Assembly: GCA_947631655.1 (NCBI GenBank)
Contig: CANRME010000001.1
Span: 1-58,253 of the forward strand
Source of the DNA: an uncultured Bacilli bacterium
GTDB lineage: Bacteria > Bacillota_I > Bacilli_A > RF39 > UBA660
Direction of reading: 5' to 3'
Length of the DNA stretch: 58,253 bases
The notes beneath the pieces were generated by a model, which worked only from the letters and a program-made list of their open reading frames with translations, had not been told where the DNA came from and searched no databases. A program made the position numbers and the translations under genes. Shown piece by piece: positions 1 to 9,504 of the stretch. Numbering within the stretch: the first letter of the stretch is position 1; every line of letters begins with the position of its first letter.

Positions 1-62
1 AGGAGAAATAAAATGATAGTAATGAGCTTGAGAACTTTTAAAATAAAAGTCTTAGTTTTCAT
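1..62 (-). CDS. 5' end (about 20 codons) of a gene that runs off the left edge; hydrophobic N-terminus
   Basis: ATG at 60-62 on the minus strand, with GGGAGG (complement of 73-78) upstream. Reads MKTKTFILKVLKLITIILFL and then leaves the window. Confidence 0.3.
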   Translation of the reverse strand, partial: MKTKTFILKVLKLITIILFL

Positions 63-235
63 TTTTATCAAACCTCCCTTCTATAAAGATTGGAGGTAGA
101 CACTCAACAACTGATATTCCCTATAAAAAGTATACTATTTATTACATTCAAAAACAAGCGTTCGAGCAATATTTTGATAAAAAGTTGTTGATTTTCTTAT
201 TGGGACACCATTTTTGATAATTAAAAGTCCCTATT

Positions 236-877
236 TTAATGTTTTTCAGTTAACTTATTAAATTTAATATTTATAGAGATAATAATGATAATGGTACTTA
301 AACCAGTAAAAATAAAATTCCAAATGAGACCATTATAACCTGATAAGTCAGAATTTTTTTCGTATTTAGTTTCTTTATTTACTTCTACAAAAATATCATA
401 CTTTTCTTTACTATTATATAAATTTACAATGGTTTTCTTAATTTCTTCATCAAAGCTTTCATTATAACCCGGAAAAACTTTGTTACCAATAATTATAAAA
501 GGTACACCAAAATTGGAACTATATGGGTTGTACCCGAGAAACTCTGCGATAGTATTTAACATATTGCTGTTATTTTTATCATTCCAAACTTCATAAGATT
601 CTAAATTAAAGTATTTTCCATAATCATTAGTAATACTATTTAAGTAATTTAAAAATGCTCGGCAGAAATCACATCCTTTTCCTCTAAACATATAGATTGT
701 TATCTTGTCTTTACTTTCTTCATAATTAGAAAAAGATGCTTCTATTTGTTCGTCAGCAAGTGTTTCTTCTAAATTTAGTGAATTGTAATTACTTTTATCA
801 ATACTTGTTGCTTGCGAATTAGTAAGAAAACAAAAAGAGCAAAAAATTGCTATAGTTAAATAAATTATCTTTTTCAT
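236..877 (-). CDS. Secreted or membrane-tethered thioredoxin-fold protein (CxxC)
   Basis: Signal-peptide-like N-terminus, a GKGCDFCRAF CxxC motif, and a C-terminal hydrophobic anchor (LSTIIIIISINI). RBS GGAAGG precedes the ATG. Confidence 0.7.
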   Translation of the reverse strand: MKKIIYLTIAIFCSFCFLTNSQATSIDKSNYNSLNLEETLADEQIEASFSNYEESKDKITIYMFRGKGCDFCRAFLNYLNSITNDYGKYFNLESYEVWNDKNNSNMLNTIAEFLGYNPYSSNFGVPFIIIGNKVFPGYNESFDEEIKKTIVNLYNSKEKYDIFVEVNKETKYEKNSDLSGYNGLIWNFIFTGLSTIIIIISINIKFNKLTEKH

Positions 878-896
878 AAACCTTCCTTTCTATAAT

Positions 897-921
897 AAAA
901 AGATACCAGTTGTCACTGGTA
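897..921 (-). terminator. Weak rho-independent terminator candidate after the XRE gene
   Basis: Hairpin with 7 bp stems taccagt/actggta and loop tgtc, followed by a T-rich run on the minus strand. Confidence 0.35.
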
Positions 922-970
922 ATTAATATAGAATAAAGGTTGTATATACTAAACTATAAGTTGAATTTAT

Positions 971-1678
971 TTATTCATCTGTTTCATCACAAATTACCTT
1001 ATTTTCTAATGGTATTTTGTAAAATGTTGATTGGTCTTTGGAATCAACAGCGATTATGACTAAAAATAGTGTACTATTTTTATATATTTTACAATCTTTA
1101 GAATTAAAATTAAATTTTACTTTTTTTAAATAATCATTTAATAAGATTGGGTTGCCTTGATAACTATAATTTCCAATTTTGGTTTGAGTATTATCGATAT
1201 TAGCATATAATTCGCACTCGATTTTTTTATAAAAGGTATTATCAAATTTTTCATTATAGGTAATATTAGAAATATTTCCAGAAGTTTTAAATTTATTATA
1301 AGCGATTGCCCCCGAAACACTAAATTTAGCCGATGAAGAATTTAATGTTTCAAAAGAAAAGTTAGCGCTATTAAGAAAACTATGATAAAGCATTATATTT
1401 ATTAATGTTAAACAAGCTAAAAATGAGGCAATGCTAATGCATAATTTTACTTTTTTTAGTGAGTATTTATTTGGTTCATTTCCTAATAAAACATTGATAT
1501 TTAGATGGTAATCTTCGCAAATTTGGTTTAAAACAGCTATATCAGGAATATTCTTGCCATTCTCCCATTTACTCACAGCTTGATAAGTTACTCCATATTT
1601 TTCGCCAAATTTTTCTTGCGTTAAGTTAGATTCTTTGCGTAATTTTTTGATAAAAGCTCCGATTTTAATTTGATTCAT
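971..1678 (-). CDS. Membrane-anchored XRE-family HTH regulator
   Basis: N-terminal HTH (IKKLRKESNLTQEKFGEKYGVTYQAVSKWENGKNIP), a central TM segment, and an extracytoplasmic C-terminus. GGAGGT precedes the internal ATG at 1678; the ORF-track start at 1690 is a TTG. Confidence 0.8.
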   Translation of the reverse strand: MNQIKIGAFIKKLRKESNLTQEKFGEKYGVTYQAVSKWENGKNIPDIAVLNQICEDYHLNINVLLGNEPNKYSLKKVKLCISIASFLACLTLINIMLYHSFLNSANFSFETLNSSSAKFSVSGAIAYNKFKTSGNISNITYNEKFDNTFYKKIECELYANIDNTQTKIGNYSYQGNPILLNDYLKKVKFNFNSKDCKIYKNSTLFLVIIAVDSKDQSTFYKIPLENKVICDETDE

Positions 1679-1794
1679 TACTACCTCCAATAACTATTTA
1701 CTAGATTATAACACAAAGTAATCTTAATATAAATGAAAACCCATACAATAAAAGTATGAGTTTGGCGGTTCCCTAAAGACGATTATTAAGCGCT

Positions 1795-2445
1795 TTATAG
1801 CATCTTTTTTAAAACATTTTCCTTTTTTATTTTATCTTCTTTAATAAAATCTTCTATGGCAAGTTTATCACTAGTATATGAGATACCAAAGTTTGTTTCA
1901 ATTTCTTTAATTTTTTGATAATTTTCAATGTAGTATAGAATTGAAGATAAAGAATTAGAAACAAAATAATTTCTTTTATCTTTAAGATTAGAAAAGTGTT
2001 CATCATATAATTTTTGCATAAATTCTAATAGTTTGTCAAAATATCCATGTGAATTATAAATAACAATTGGTTTATCAAATTCATGGCATCTTTTACTTTC
2101 AATCGCCGTAAATAGTTCATAAATTGTTCCGATACCACCTGGTAAAAATATAAGGGTATCACTTGCAGAAATAACACTACTGGTTCTTTCACTAACGGTT
2201 TTTGTTAGAATCTTAGTATTACAGCTTAATTCTTTTAAATTTTCTTTATAGACTTCTGGACAGATGCCAGTTACTTCTCTATTAGCATTAAGTGCTATAT
2301 TATAAGCTAAACCCATTAAACCAGTGGTGCAAGCCCCAAATACTAACTCGTTTTCTTTCATTAATTCATTTAAAAACGTTTTGCAATCTTCAAAATATTC
2401 AATTGGAATATCATTACTAGAAGAACATCCTATAAATAATTTCAT
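1795..2445 (-). CDS. LOG / TIGR00730-type Rossmann-fold nucleotide-binding protein (cytokinin riboside 5'-monophosphate phosphoribohydrolase family)
   Basis: PGGIGTIYELFTAIE motif (PGGxGTxxE) at typical LOG length, plus a roughly 40 aa C-terminal tail. RBS AGAGGTG overlaps the TGA stop of the upstream gene. Confidence 0.75.
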   Translation of the reverse strand: MKLFIGCSSSNDIPIEYFEDCKTFLNELMKENELVFGACTTGLMGLAYNIALNANREVTGICPEVYKENLKELSCNTKILTKTVSERTSSVISASDTLIFLPGGIGTIYELFTAIESKRCHEFDKPIVIYNSHGYFDKLLEFMQKLYDEHFSNLKDKRNYFVSNSLSSILYYIENYQKIKEIETNFGISYTSDKLAIEDFIKEDKIKKENVLKKML

Positions 2446-2451
2446 ACCGAT

Positions 2452-2973
2452 TCACCTCTTAGGGAAAAATTTTCTAATTAATTTCGGAAGGTCTTTTTCT
2501 TCTTTAGCTGGTTTAAAATCTTTAGGTAAGGTAATTCCTTCTGGTAAAGTCATTTTAATATGACCTTGTTTAAACCATAAAAAGTCTCTTAAAGAATAAA
2601 TTTTAAATTCTAATAATTCACAATCTCTTACCATTTCGGGATGATTTTCTCTTTCTTCGGATTTCAGCGAATTATATTTGTGAGCTATTGTTTCACGTTC
2701 TTGCTGAATACTTTGGGCTAGAGATATAATTTCTTCTTCGGTTAAGTCTTTTACTTTGTTATAATCAACAATCCAATCTAATTTTTTAAAAAACTCTATT
2801 TCTTCTTTTTTATCAAACTTAACAAACTCATATCTATTACTATCATCAATAATTATAATACCATTATTAAGCATTTTAGTATAAACAGATGCAAGAATTG
2901 GTATATCAGTTTGATTTAAATAAGCAATATCATTTTTTTGAACATAAACTTCTTTATCAGTAATTATTTTCAT
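2452..2973 (-). CDS. Hypothetical protein; N-terminal domain paralogous to the 29516-30283 product
   Basis: Good RBS (GGAGG). Shares VYVQ-x-D-x-YL/I, EF-x-F-x-K-x-E-IE-FF/YFK-x-L-x-WIVDY with the 255 aa protein. Appears to form an operon with the LOG gene. Confidence 0.6.
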   Translation of the reverse strand: MKIITDKEVYVQKNDIAYLNQTDIPILASVYTKMLNNGIIIIDDSNRYEFVKFDKKEEIEFFKKLDWIVDYNKVKDLTEEEIISLAQSIQQERETIAHKYNSLKSEERENHPEMVRDCELLEFKIYSLRDFLWFKQGHIKMTLPEGITLPKDFKPAKEEKDLPKLIRKFFPKR

Positions 2974-3065
2974 ATAAAACCTCCACTTGGTAGTTTATTA
3001 TAGCATAAAAATTAAAATTCACAATATTTTATGCTATAATTGAGTTAATGAAGGAGTAATGTTTT

Positions 3066-4568
3066 ATGTTAAATGCAGTTAAAAGAGTATTAATAGTTTT
3101 AATAGGAGTGATATTACAATTTGGGTTTGCGATATTAATAAGATTATTTTTTTATAAGTACTTAGGACTTATTACTTTAGCTTATAGTATTGCGAGTGTG
3201 TTAATAGTTTTAGGATTATTAAAAAATAGTACCAGACTTTCTAATGATATACCATGGATGATTTTGATTTTAATTTTCCCAATTTTTGGAACGATTTTAT
3301 TAATTACTTTAGGAAAGAATTACTCTAAAAACAAGTTACTTAAAAATATCTTTAATTGTGAAAAAGAATATAGTAAATATCTAGTGGGAGAAGAAGATAC
3401 TAAAAAGGAAGTAGAAGAAAAAGACTTAGATAATATTAAATATTTACTTAATCGGACTAATTATTTTGTTAGTACGGGAAATGTTATTACATACTATAAT
3501 TTTGGTGAAAAGTTTTATCCGGAGTTATTAAAAGAACTTAAAAAAGCGGAAAAGTTTATATTTATGGAATATTTTATTATTAATGAAGGATATATGTGGA
3601 ATGGAATTTTAGATATTCTAAAAGAGAAAGCTAACAAAGGGGTAGATGTAAGAATTCTATATGATGATATGGGAAGTATTGCGATGCTTAAGTCTAATTA
3701 TGCGAAAATATTAGCTAAATTTGGAATTAAGTGTATTCCTTTTAATAAGGTTAGCCCATTTAGAGGGATATTTATGAATAATCGTGACCACCGGAAAATG
3801 ACAATTATTGATGGAAAAGTAGCTTTTTCGGGTGGGGTAAATTTAAGTGATGAATATGTAAATATTAATAGTAGATTAGGTATTTGGAAAGATAATGGAA
3901 TTAAGATAGAAGGAAATGCGATTTGGAATCTAACAGTTATGTTTTTAACACTATGGAATGCAAATAATAAAGAAGATAAAGATATTACAAAATTTAGATA
4001 TGAATTTATGAGTAGCAAGAAAAATGGTTATGTAATACCTTATGGGGTTGCTCCTTTACATCAAGACTTAATTGGGGAAGATGTTTATATTAATATGATT
4101 AATAGCGCAAAAAGTTATTTATATATTATGACTCCTTATTTAATTATTGATACCGATATGGTTAATTCTTTGTGTCGAGCAGCGAAAAGAGGAGTTGATG
4201 TAAGAATTATTGTTCCGGGGATTCCCGATAAAAAAATAGTTTATACACAAACGACTTCATTCTTTAAAGTATTACATGATAGTGGAGTTAAAATTTATAA
4301 ATATACTAATGGGTTTGTGCATTCTAAAGTATTCTTATCTGATGACGTGCGAGCAGTGGTAGGAACTATTAATATGGATTATCGTAGTTTATATTTACAC
4401 TTTGAAAATGGTACTTATATGGAAGAAGTTAAAGTAATTAAAGATATTTATGATGATTTTACAGAAACATTTAAAGATTCTAAAGAGTTAAAAGATGAAG
4501 ATGTTAAAGTAGGATTCATTAAATCGTTATGGCAAGCCATACTGCGTTTATTTGCTCCTTTATTCTAG
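3066..4568 (+). CDS. cls: Cardiolipin synthase
   Basis: Two N-terminal TM helices and two HKD motifs (HRKMTIIDGKVAFSGGVNL and HSKVFLSDDVRAVVGTINMD). RBS AAGGAG. Confidence 0.9.
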   Translation: MLNAVKRVLIVLIGVILQFGFAILIRLFFYKYLGLITLAYSIASVLIVLGLLKNSTRLSNDIPWMILILIFPIFGTILLITLGKNYSKNKLLKNIFNCEKEYSKYLVGEEDTKKEVEEKDLDNIKYLLNRTNYFVSTGNVITYYNFGEKFYPELLKELKKAEKFIFMEYFIINEGYMWNGILDILKEKANKGVDVRILYDDMGSIAMLKSNYAKILAKFGIKCIPFNKVSPFRGIFMNNRDHRKMTIIDGKVAFSGGVNLSDEYVNINSRLGIWKDNGIKIEGNAIWNLTVMFLTLWNANNKEDKDITKFRYEFMSSKKNGYVIPYGVAPLHQDLIGEDVYINMINSAKSYLYIMTPYLIIDTDMVNSLCRAAKRGVDVRIIVPGIPDKKIVYTQTTSFFKVLHDSGVKIYKYTNGFVHSKVFLSDDVRAVVGTINMDYRSLYLHFENGTYMEEVKVIKDIYDDFTETFKDSKELKDEDVKVGFIKSLWQAILRLFAPLF

Positions 4569-4581
4569 TAAGTGATGAATA

Positions 4582-4965
4582 ATGAAAGATAAATATTTAG
4601 TTATTTTAAAATACTATGTTAATTACTTGATATTATTATTAATTTTTAAATATATCCATATTATATTGCCGGTTAGATTTGATTCTTTTGGAGGAATTTA
4701 TGCTTTAATATATATTCCTATTGCTTATTTAGTAGTAAAATATATGTTTATTTATGACTTAGAAAAAAATAAGCATTTAAAGAAAAAATATTTACTGCCA
4801 GTCTTAATTGGTTATACATTACTTAATTTTATTTTAGGAATGCCTTTATTATATAATATCGCTATCATAGTGTTCCTTATTTTATTAAAAGGAAGTTTGG
4901 TTGTCGATGCCGAAGAAACCCTAAAAAATATAAAAGAATATTATGAAAAGAAAAACGTTAAATAG
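4582..4965 (+). CDS. Small integral membrane protein, unknown function
   Basis: Three or four hydrophobic helices; lies directly downstream of cls. Confidence 0.5.
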   Translation: MKDKYLVILKYYVNYLILLLIFKYIHIILPVRFDSFGGIYALIYIPIAYLVVKYMFIYDLEKNKHLKKKYLLPVLIGYTLLNFILGMPLLYNIAIIVFLILLKGSLVVDAEETLKNIKEYYEKKNVK

Positions 4966-5015
4966 AATGTATTAATATTTAAATATAAATACAATTTATA
5001 AAGGAAGATAAATAT

Positions 5016-5345
5016 ATGGGACATTTAAAATTACGAAAACTTATTAAAGAGGAAACAATTTGGAAAGATAAAACGAAAGATGAACATAAATGTAAATTTG
5101 TAGTACATTGTATTTTAAAAGTTCAGACTAAACAAAATATTATAAAGTACTATGATGTAAAAAAGTGTAATAAATGTTTATCTTTTAAAAGTATCTCCAA
5201 ATGGCACAATGTAAGTGGTTGTATCTTTGGAGAATTGACTGAAGAGCAAAAGAAGTTACCCGTTATTAAAGCTCTTGGAGATAATTACTATACAATTGGA
5301 TTTCAAAATTTAAAAAATATAACTTATGAAGGAGAAGAAAAATGA
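5016..5345 (+). CDS. Hypothetical Cys/His-containing small protein
   Basis: RBS AAGGAAG. Contains HKCKFVVHC and CNKC motifs. Its stop overlaps the start of the next gene (ATGA). Confidence 0.45.
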   Translation: MGHLKLRKLIKEETIWKDKTKDEHKCKFVVHCILKVQTKQNIIKYYDVKKCNKCLSFKSISKWHNVSGCIFGELTEEQKKLPVIKALGDNYYTIGFQNLKNITYEGEEK

Positions 5346-5803
5346 AAATAAGAATTGCTGAACCTAAGGATGCCGAAAGGCTTAATGCTTTTTTAACGTT
5401 ATTAATTAGAGATGAAAAACAATATGACGATGGAATTAATGAAAATTTTGTCGTAACCAATATGTACGAAAACTTTATTGGTGATCCTAAAAGGATTATC
5501 TTGGTAGCAGAAGAAGATGAAAAAATAATTGGTTATTTATATGGTTTTATTATAGATAGTGATGAAGTTGAAACTAAAAAAATTGCTAAACTAGACGCTT
5601 TATATGTTGAAGAAAATGTTCGTAAAAAAGGAATTGCCGAATCTTTAATCAATATTTTTAAAGACTGGGTCATAGATAATAACATTTCAAAGATAGAGGT
5701 AAATGTTTGTAGTGATAACTATAAAGCTAAAAGTTTATATCAGAAGAAGGGGTTTAAAACGACTAAAGAAACGATGTCTTTAGAAATTAATGATTATGAA
5801 TAA
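5342..5803 (+). CDS. GNAT-family N-acetyltransferase
   Basis: GNAT-typical length and motif A-like segment (VEENVRKKGIAESLI), ending in YQKKGF. Confidence 0.75.
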   Translation: MKIRIAEPKDAERLNAFLTLLIRDEKQYDDGINENFVVTNMYENFIGDPKRIILVAEEDEKIIGYLYGFIIDSDEVETKKIAKLDALYVEENVRKKGIAESLINIFKDWVIDNNISKIEVNVCSDNYKAKSLYQKKGFKTTKETMSLEINDYE

Positions 5804-6464
5804 AATAGAAGAATTACAAAAATTAATTAATGAATGTGATAATATTGTTTTTTTAGGAGGAGCGGGTGTTTCAACTGATAGTGGGATTAAAGACTTTCGG
5901 AGTAAAACGGGATTATATCAAGAAAAGACTAAATTTCCACCAGAATATATGTTAAGTATTGATGCGTTATATAATTATCCAGAAGATTTTTTTGATTATT
6001 ATAGAAATAATTTAAATTGTTTAGACGCCTTACCTAATGTTACCCATTTATATTTAAAGAAATTAGAGGACAATAAAAAACTAAAGGGGATAATCACCCA
6101 AAATATTGATGGATTACATACTAAAGCGGGATGCCAAAACGTTTATGAAGTACATGGTAGTATTTATAATAATTATTGTACTTTATGCCATAAATCATAT
6201 GAAGCAGAAGTAGTATTTAATAGTACTGGTATCCCAAAATGTTCTTGTGGAGGAGTTATAAAACCGGATGTAGTTTTGTATGGCGAAATGTTACCTCCAT
6301 GTTACGAAGAAGCTATTAACTTAGTCTTAAATGCGGAAATGTTAATTGTAGCTGGGACTTCTTTAAAAGTTAGTACAGCAAGTAGCTTAGTTAATTTATT
6401 TAGAGGTAAATACTTAGTAATTATAAATAATGCAAAAACGGATTATGATTATAAAGCTATTTAA
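5790..6464 (+). CDS. cobB: Sir2-family NAD-dependent protein deacylase, ended early by an in-frame TAA
   Basis: GAGVSTDSGIKDFRS, QNIDGLH, and Zn ribbon CTLCH...CSCGG. The reading frame continues after the TAA as VICDDLTKVFRKLH. Confidence 0.85.
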   Translation: MIMNKIEELQKLINECDNIVFLGGAGVSTDSGIKDFRSKTGLYQEKTKFPPEYMLSIDALYNYPEDFFDYYRNNLNCLDALPNVTHLYLKKLEDNKKLKGIITQNIDGLHTKAGCQNVYEVHGSIYNNYCTLCHKSYEAEVVFNSTGIPKCSCGGVIKPDVVLYGEMLPPCYEEAINLVLNAEMLIVAGTSLKVSTASSLVNLFRGKYLVIINNAKTDYDYKAI

Positions 6465-6507
6465 GTAATCTGCGATGATCTTACCAAAGTTTTTAGAAAA
6501 TTACATT

Positions 6508-6540
6508 AAAAAACGACGTTAAAGTCGTTTTATTTTTTTG
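6508..6540. terminator. Bidirectional hairpin terminator between the convergent cobB gene and the glycosylation operon
   Basis: Stem aaaacgac/gtcgtttt with A-run and T-run flanks. It overlaps the last codons of the 6519-8054 gene. Confidence 0.6.
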
Positions 6541-8054
6541 ATACATTCATTACATTTTTTTAAATATTTTAGTGATATTAAGGCACATCCAAAGAAATCT
6601 TTTAAAGCTAAATACCATTGTTCTTGTTTATAATACGCATTTGCTCTCTTAAGATGTTCTTTCAAATCTATATTAAATAAATAATTGATATGGTAACTAC
6701 CGTTTTTTATGCTAATATTTTCGTATATTTCGTTAAAGTAATAATTAGCTAAGTAGTAAAAATAACATTTATTTTTATTACTATTATCGATTTTAGTTAA
6801 CAGATCTTTACTATTAGTCCTTATAATTGAATCATATAAATTTTCTAGGTCATCCAAATTTAATTTTTTAGAATTAGGTAAATATAAATTAACAGCTTTT
6901 GCAAAATTACCTAAATAATAATAGTATCTGGCTTCTAATATAGAATTTTTAAAATGTATTTGATATTTTTTTATTTGTTTACTAACTTTTTTATTTGGAT
7001 ATTTTATTATTTTATTTAATATTCTTTTATTAAAATCTTGATTTAAATAATTTATTCTTGTACTATTTGATAAATACTTATTCATTCTATCTTCATTTTT
7101 TTTGCCATCCTCCCATTGACTTTTCATTCTAATAGGATGCTTTATATGACAACAAGTAGCCGATGGTACTGGTATAATCTTTACCCCATTTTCAATACAT
7201 AGAGATACAAAGGTAGTATCATCACATCCCCATCCAACTAAGAATTCCGCAAAACCACCAATTTTTTCAAAATTTTTCTTGCTAACAGCAAATAAAAAAC
7301 CATATACCATTCTGTATAATTGCCAAGAATCATACATACTAATTTTATTATTACTTACCCATAAGTTTTTCATACTAGACATTTTTTGTAACATATTAGT
7401 TTCACTCATCATATTATAAGTCCAACTTCCTCTAAAATCAGTTATAAATCGATTATCTAGCCAAAAACAAGGTTCCTTTTTATATATGAATTTTTTTAAA
7501 TCTCTTATTGGAGGAATATTTTCGATATCTTCTCTAAAGCCAAAAAATATTGTACTATCTAGATATTCTTGTTGTCTTTTTACAATTTCATCAATAGTAA
7601 AGGGAAATAATATAATATCTGAATCACAAAAAATGATTAAATCTCCTGAAGCATATTTGCACCCCATATTTATTCCTTGAGCTTTTCCTAAATGGTATTG
7701 TTTAATGTACATTAATTTAAAACTAAAATCCTCTTTTAAGATAAAATCTTCTGTAGTATCGGTACTTCCATCATCTACTACTATGACTTCTAATTTATTA
7801 TTAAAGTTATGACATAAATAAGTATTTTCAATTGATTTTAATGTATATAGTAATGTATTCCCAGAATTCCAAGTAGATATTACAATACTAACTCTATATT
7901 TGCATTCTTTTAAAGGAAAATTATTTATTGAATTATAGGGTTCTAAATTAAGAGATTCTTTAAATCTGTTTTTATATTCTTTTGCAATATCTTGATAATC
8001 GTTTATAAATTTTTTTATCTCAGGAGAAAAATTATCTTGAACTAATTTTCCCAT
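6519..8054 (-). CDS. Family 2 glycosyltransferase with a C-terminal helical-repeat (TPR-like) region
   Basis: VSIVISTWNSGNTL...VVDDGSTDTT and DSD motif. The C-terminal roughly 170 aa are rich in Y/N/K helical repeats. Confidence 0.8.
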   Translation of the reverse strand: MGKLVQDNFSPEIKKFINDYQDIAKEYKNRFKESLNLEPYNSINNFPLKECKYRVSIVISTWNSGNTLLYTLKSIENTYLCHNFNNKLEVIVVDDGSTDTTEDFILKEDFSFKLMYIKQYHLGKAQGINMGCKYASGDLIIFCDSDIILFPFTIDEIVKRQQEYLDSTIFFGFREDIENIPPIRDLKKFIYKKEPCFWLDNRFITDFRGSWTYNMMSETNMLQKMSSMKNLWVSNNKISMYDSWQLYRMVYGFLFAVSKKNFEKIGGFAEFLVGWGCDDTTFVSLCIENGVKIIPVPSATCCHIKHPIRMKSQWEDGKKNEDRMNKYLSNSTRINYLNQDFNKRILNKIIKYPNKKVSKQIKKYQIHFKNSILEARYYYYLGNFAKAVNLYLPNSKKLNLDDLENLYDSIIRTNSKDLLTKIDNSNKNKCYFYYLANYYFNEIYENISIKNGSYHINYLFNIDLKEHLKRANAYYKQEQWYLALKDFFGCALISLKYLKKCNECIKKIKRL

Positions 8055-8812
8055 TTAACTGTGCCCTCTATTGGATTGTCACTTTCATTAGAATATCCCC
8101 CTAAATAATATTTAACTGTTACTTCCTTATTAGTTAATACTTTAACATTATTTTGCATTAATAATTTCATCATTTTTTCATCCTCAGGATTACACTCATC
8201 ATAATCTTTTTGAGTATACTCACTTGGTATTTCTTTATTATTAAATAATTCTGCTCTAAGCAACCAGACATTTGTATCTACAGTATACCCAAATCTATCA
8301 TGCCAAATATTACTACCTCTTTTAACTACCCCTGCTTTAAGCATATCCTCATACATTTCTAATTTTTGTTTATGCGTTCTACCCCAAGGATATTCTTCTT
8401 TTAAATATGGTGTCCCATCTTTATATAAAACTTCTCTATAAGAATGTACCGCTTCACAATTTTCTTTTAATGCAAAATTATATAATTTTTCTAAATGCTC
8501 TGGATAAAATTCATTATCATCATCTAGAAATGAAAACCAGCCCTTTTTGACTTTATGAATAGCATATGTTCTAAGTTTAGCCAAAACATTTGGGCCACTT
8601 TTATCTTCTTTATTCCTTTTATAATACTCCCATTCTATCTTAGGATCGTTTTTATACTTTTCATTTAGCATCTTTAAAGTTTTAGAACAATCATCAATTA
8701 TTATTAAATGCTTTACATTTTTATATGTTTGTATTTGAACAGTTTTTATAGCTCTTTCTAACAAATTTGGACGATTTTTAGTAATCGTTATTACTGTTAT
8801 TAATTCATGCAT
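8042..8812 (-). CDS. Family 2 glycosyltransferase
   Basis: ITVITITKNRPNLLERAIKTVQIQTY...IIIDDCS and LDDDN motif. Overlaps both neighbouring genes. Confidence 0.75.
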   Translation of the reverse strand: MHELITVITITKNRPNLLERAIKTVQIQTYKNVKHLIIIDDCSKTLKMLNEKYKNDPKIEWEYYKRNKEDKSGPNVLAKLRTYAIHKVKKGWFSFLDDDNEFYPEHLEKLYNFALKENCEAVHSYREVLYKDGTPYLKEEYPWGRTHKQKLEMYEDMLKAGVVKRGSNIWHDRFGYTVDTNVWLLRAELFNNKEIPSEYTQKDYDECNPEDEKMMKLLMQNNVKVLTNKEVTVKYYLGGYSNESDNPIEGTVKWEN

Positions 8813-9500
8813 AATATTCTTCTACTCCTTTTAATTTATCCTGATAATAATCTAATATTTTATCTTCACTTCCAAAAAGCATATTTATTTGAGAAGTATA
8901 TTTACTCATAGCTAAAGCCTTTTTCATTAGAATATCTTTTGGTAATTTTATTACTTCTATTTTTTTATATTTTTTAGGAATTATTCCTTCATAAGAAAAA
9001 TCAACATAATATTTTACAATATAACCTTTTTCTTTTAAATATTGTCCTACTTTATTTACAATTATATGATCAACATGATTTCCAATTCCTAAAGGAAAAT
9101 ATAATTTATCTTTTTTAGTAACTAATTTAAGTAAATCATTGCTAATATCTAAATATAAATCTTGATCTGCCACATGAATTTCTTTAAATATTGATCCATC
9201 TATAGAATACATATGTTTCTTATTATAAATACGATATATAGCATCACAATATTTTAATGATACATTCTTAGCTTTTATTATGGTACAAGCATTTTTGTTT
9301 TCTTCTTTACGTTCTCTAAAAGGGTCTTTAATATCCCAATATTTATGTAGATCTTCGGCATAGTTAGAAAATGGCTCTTTTACTTCACTAAATATTGTAA
9401 TAATATGGGGATTTTTTTGAGCTAAATAATCTAAATATATTTTTCCGCCACAAGACCCAATAGCATCATCAAAATGAGGACTTATATAATAAACAGCCAT
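8805..9500 (-). CDS. PIG-L/LmbE-family N-acetylglucosaminyl deacetylase
   Basis: ISPHFDDAIGSCGG and HVDHIIV motifs. Confidence 0.8.
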   Translation of the reverse strand: MAVYYISPHFDDAIGSCGGKIYLDYLAQKNPHIITIFSEVKEPFSNYAEDLHKYWDIKDPFRERKEENKNACTIIKAKNVSLKYCDAIYRIYNKKHMYSIDGSIFKEIHVADQDLYLDISNDLLKLVTKKDKLYFPLGIGNHVDHIIVNKVGQYLKEKGYIVKYYVDFSYEGIIPKKYKKIEVIKLPKDILMKKALAMSKYTSQINMLFGSEDKILDYYQDKLKGVEEYYA

Positions 9501-9504
9501 TTTA

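Noticed and set aside
1138-1320. Short ORFs overlapping annotated genes throughout the track, mostly antisense and some same-strand out of frame. Examples: 1138-1320, 2324-2563, 3698-4018, 5266-5460, 7486-7680, 13460-13768, 15173-15388, 16410-16850, 19158-19412, 21315-21503, 30459-30710, 39339-39695, 43360-43548, 46389-46667, 47974-48192, 49044-49232, 51529-51717, 52913-53101, 53734-53967, 55495-55867, 58025-58240
   Set aside because: Each is embedded in a longer ORF with recognisable family motifs. None has a plausible RBS or a recognisable domain, and such ORFs are expected by chance in AT-rich DNA.
6462-6464. Alternative genetic code (stop-codon reassignment) suggested by the in-frame TAA in the Sir2 gene
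   Set aside because: TAA, TAG and TGA all terminate many motif-complete genes at the expected lengths (for example, TGA ends 2452-2973 and 11784-13235, TAG ends cls and tlyA, and TAA ends most others), and Trp is encoded by TGG. A single nonsense change or sequencing error is far more likely.
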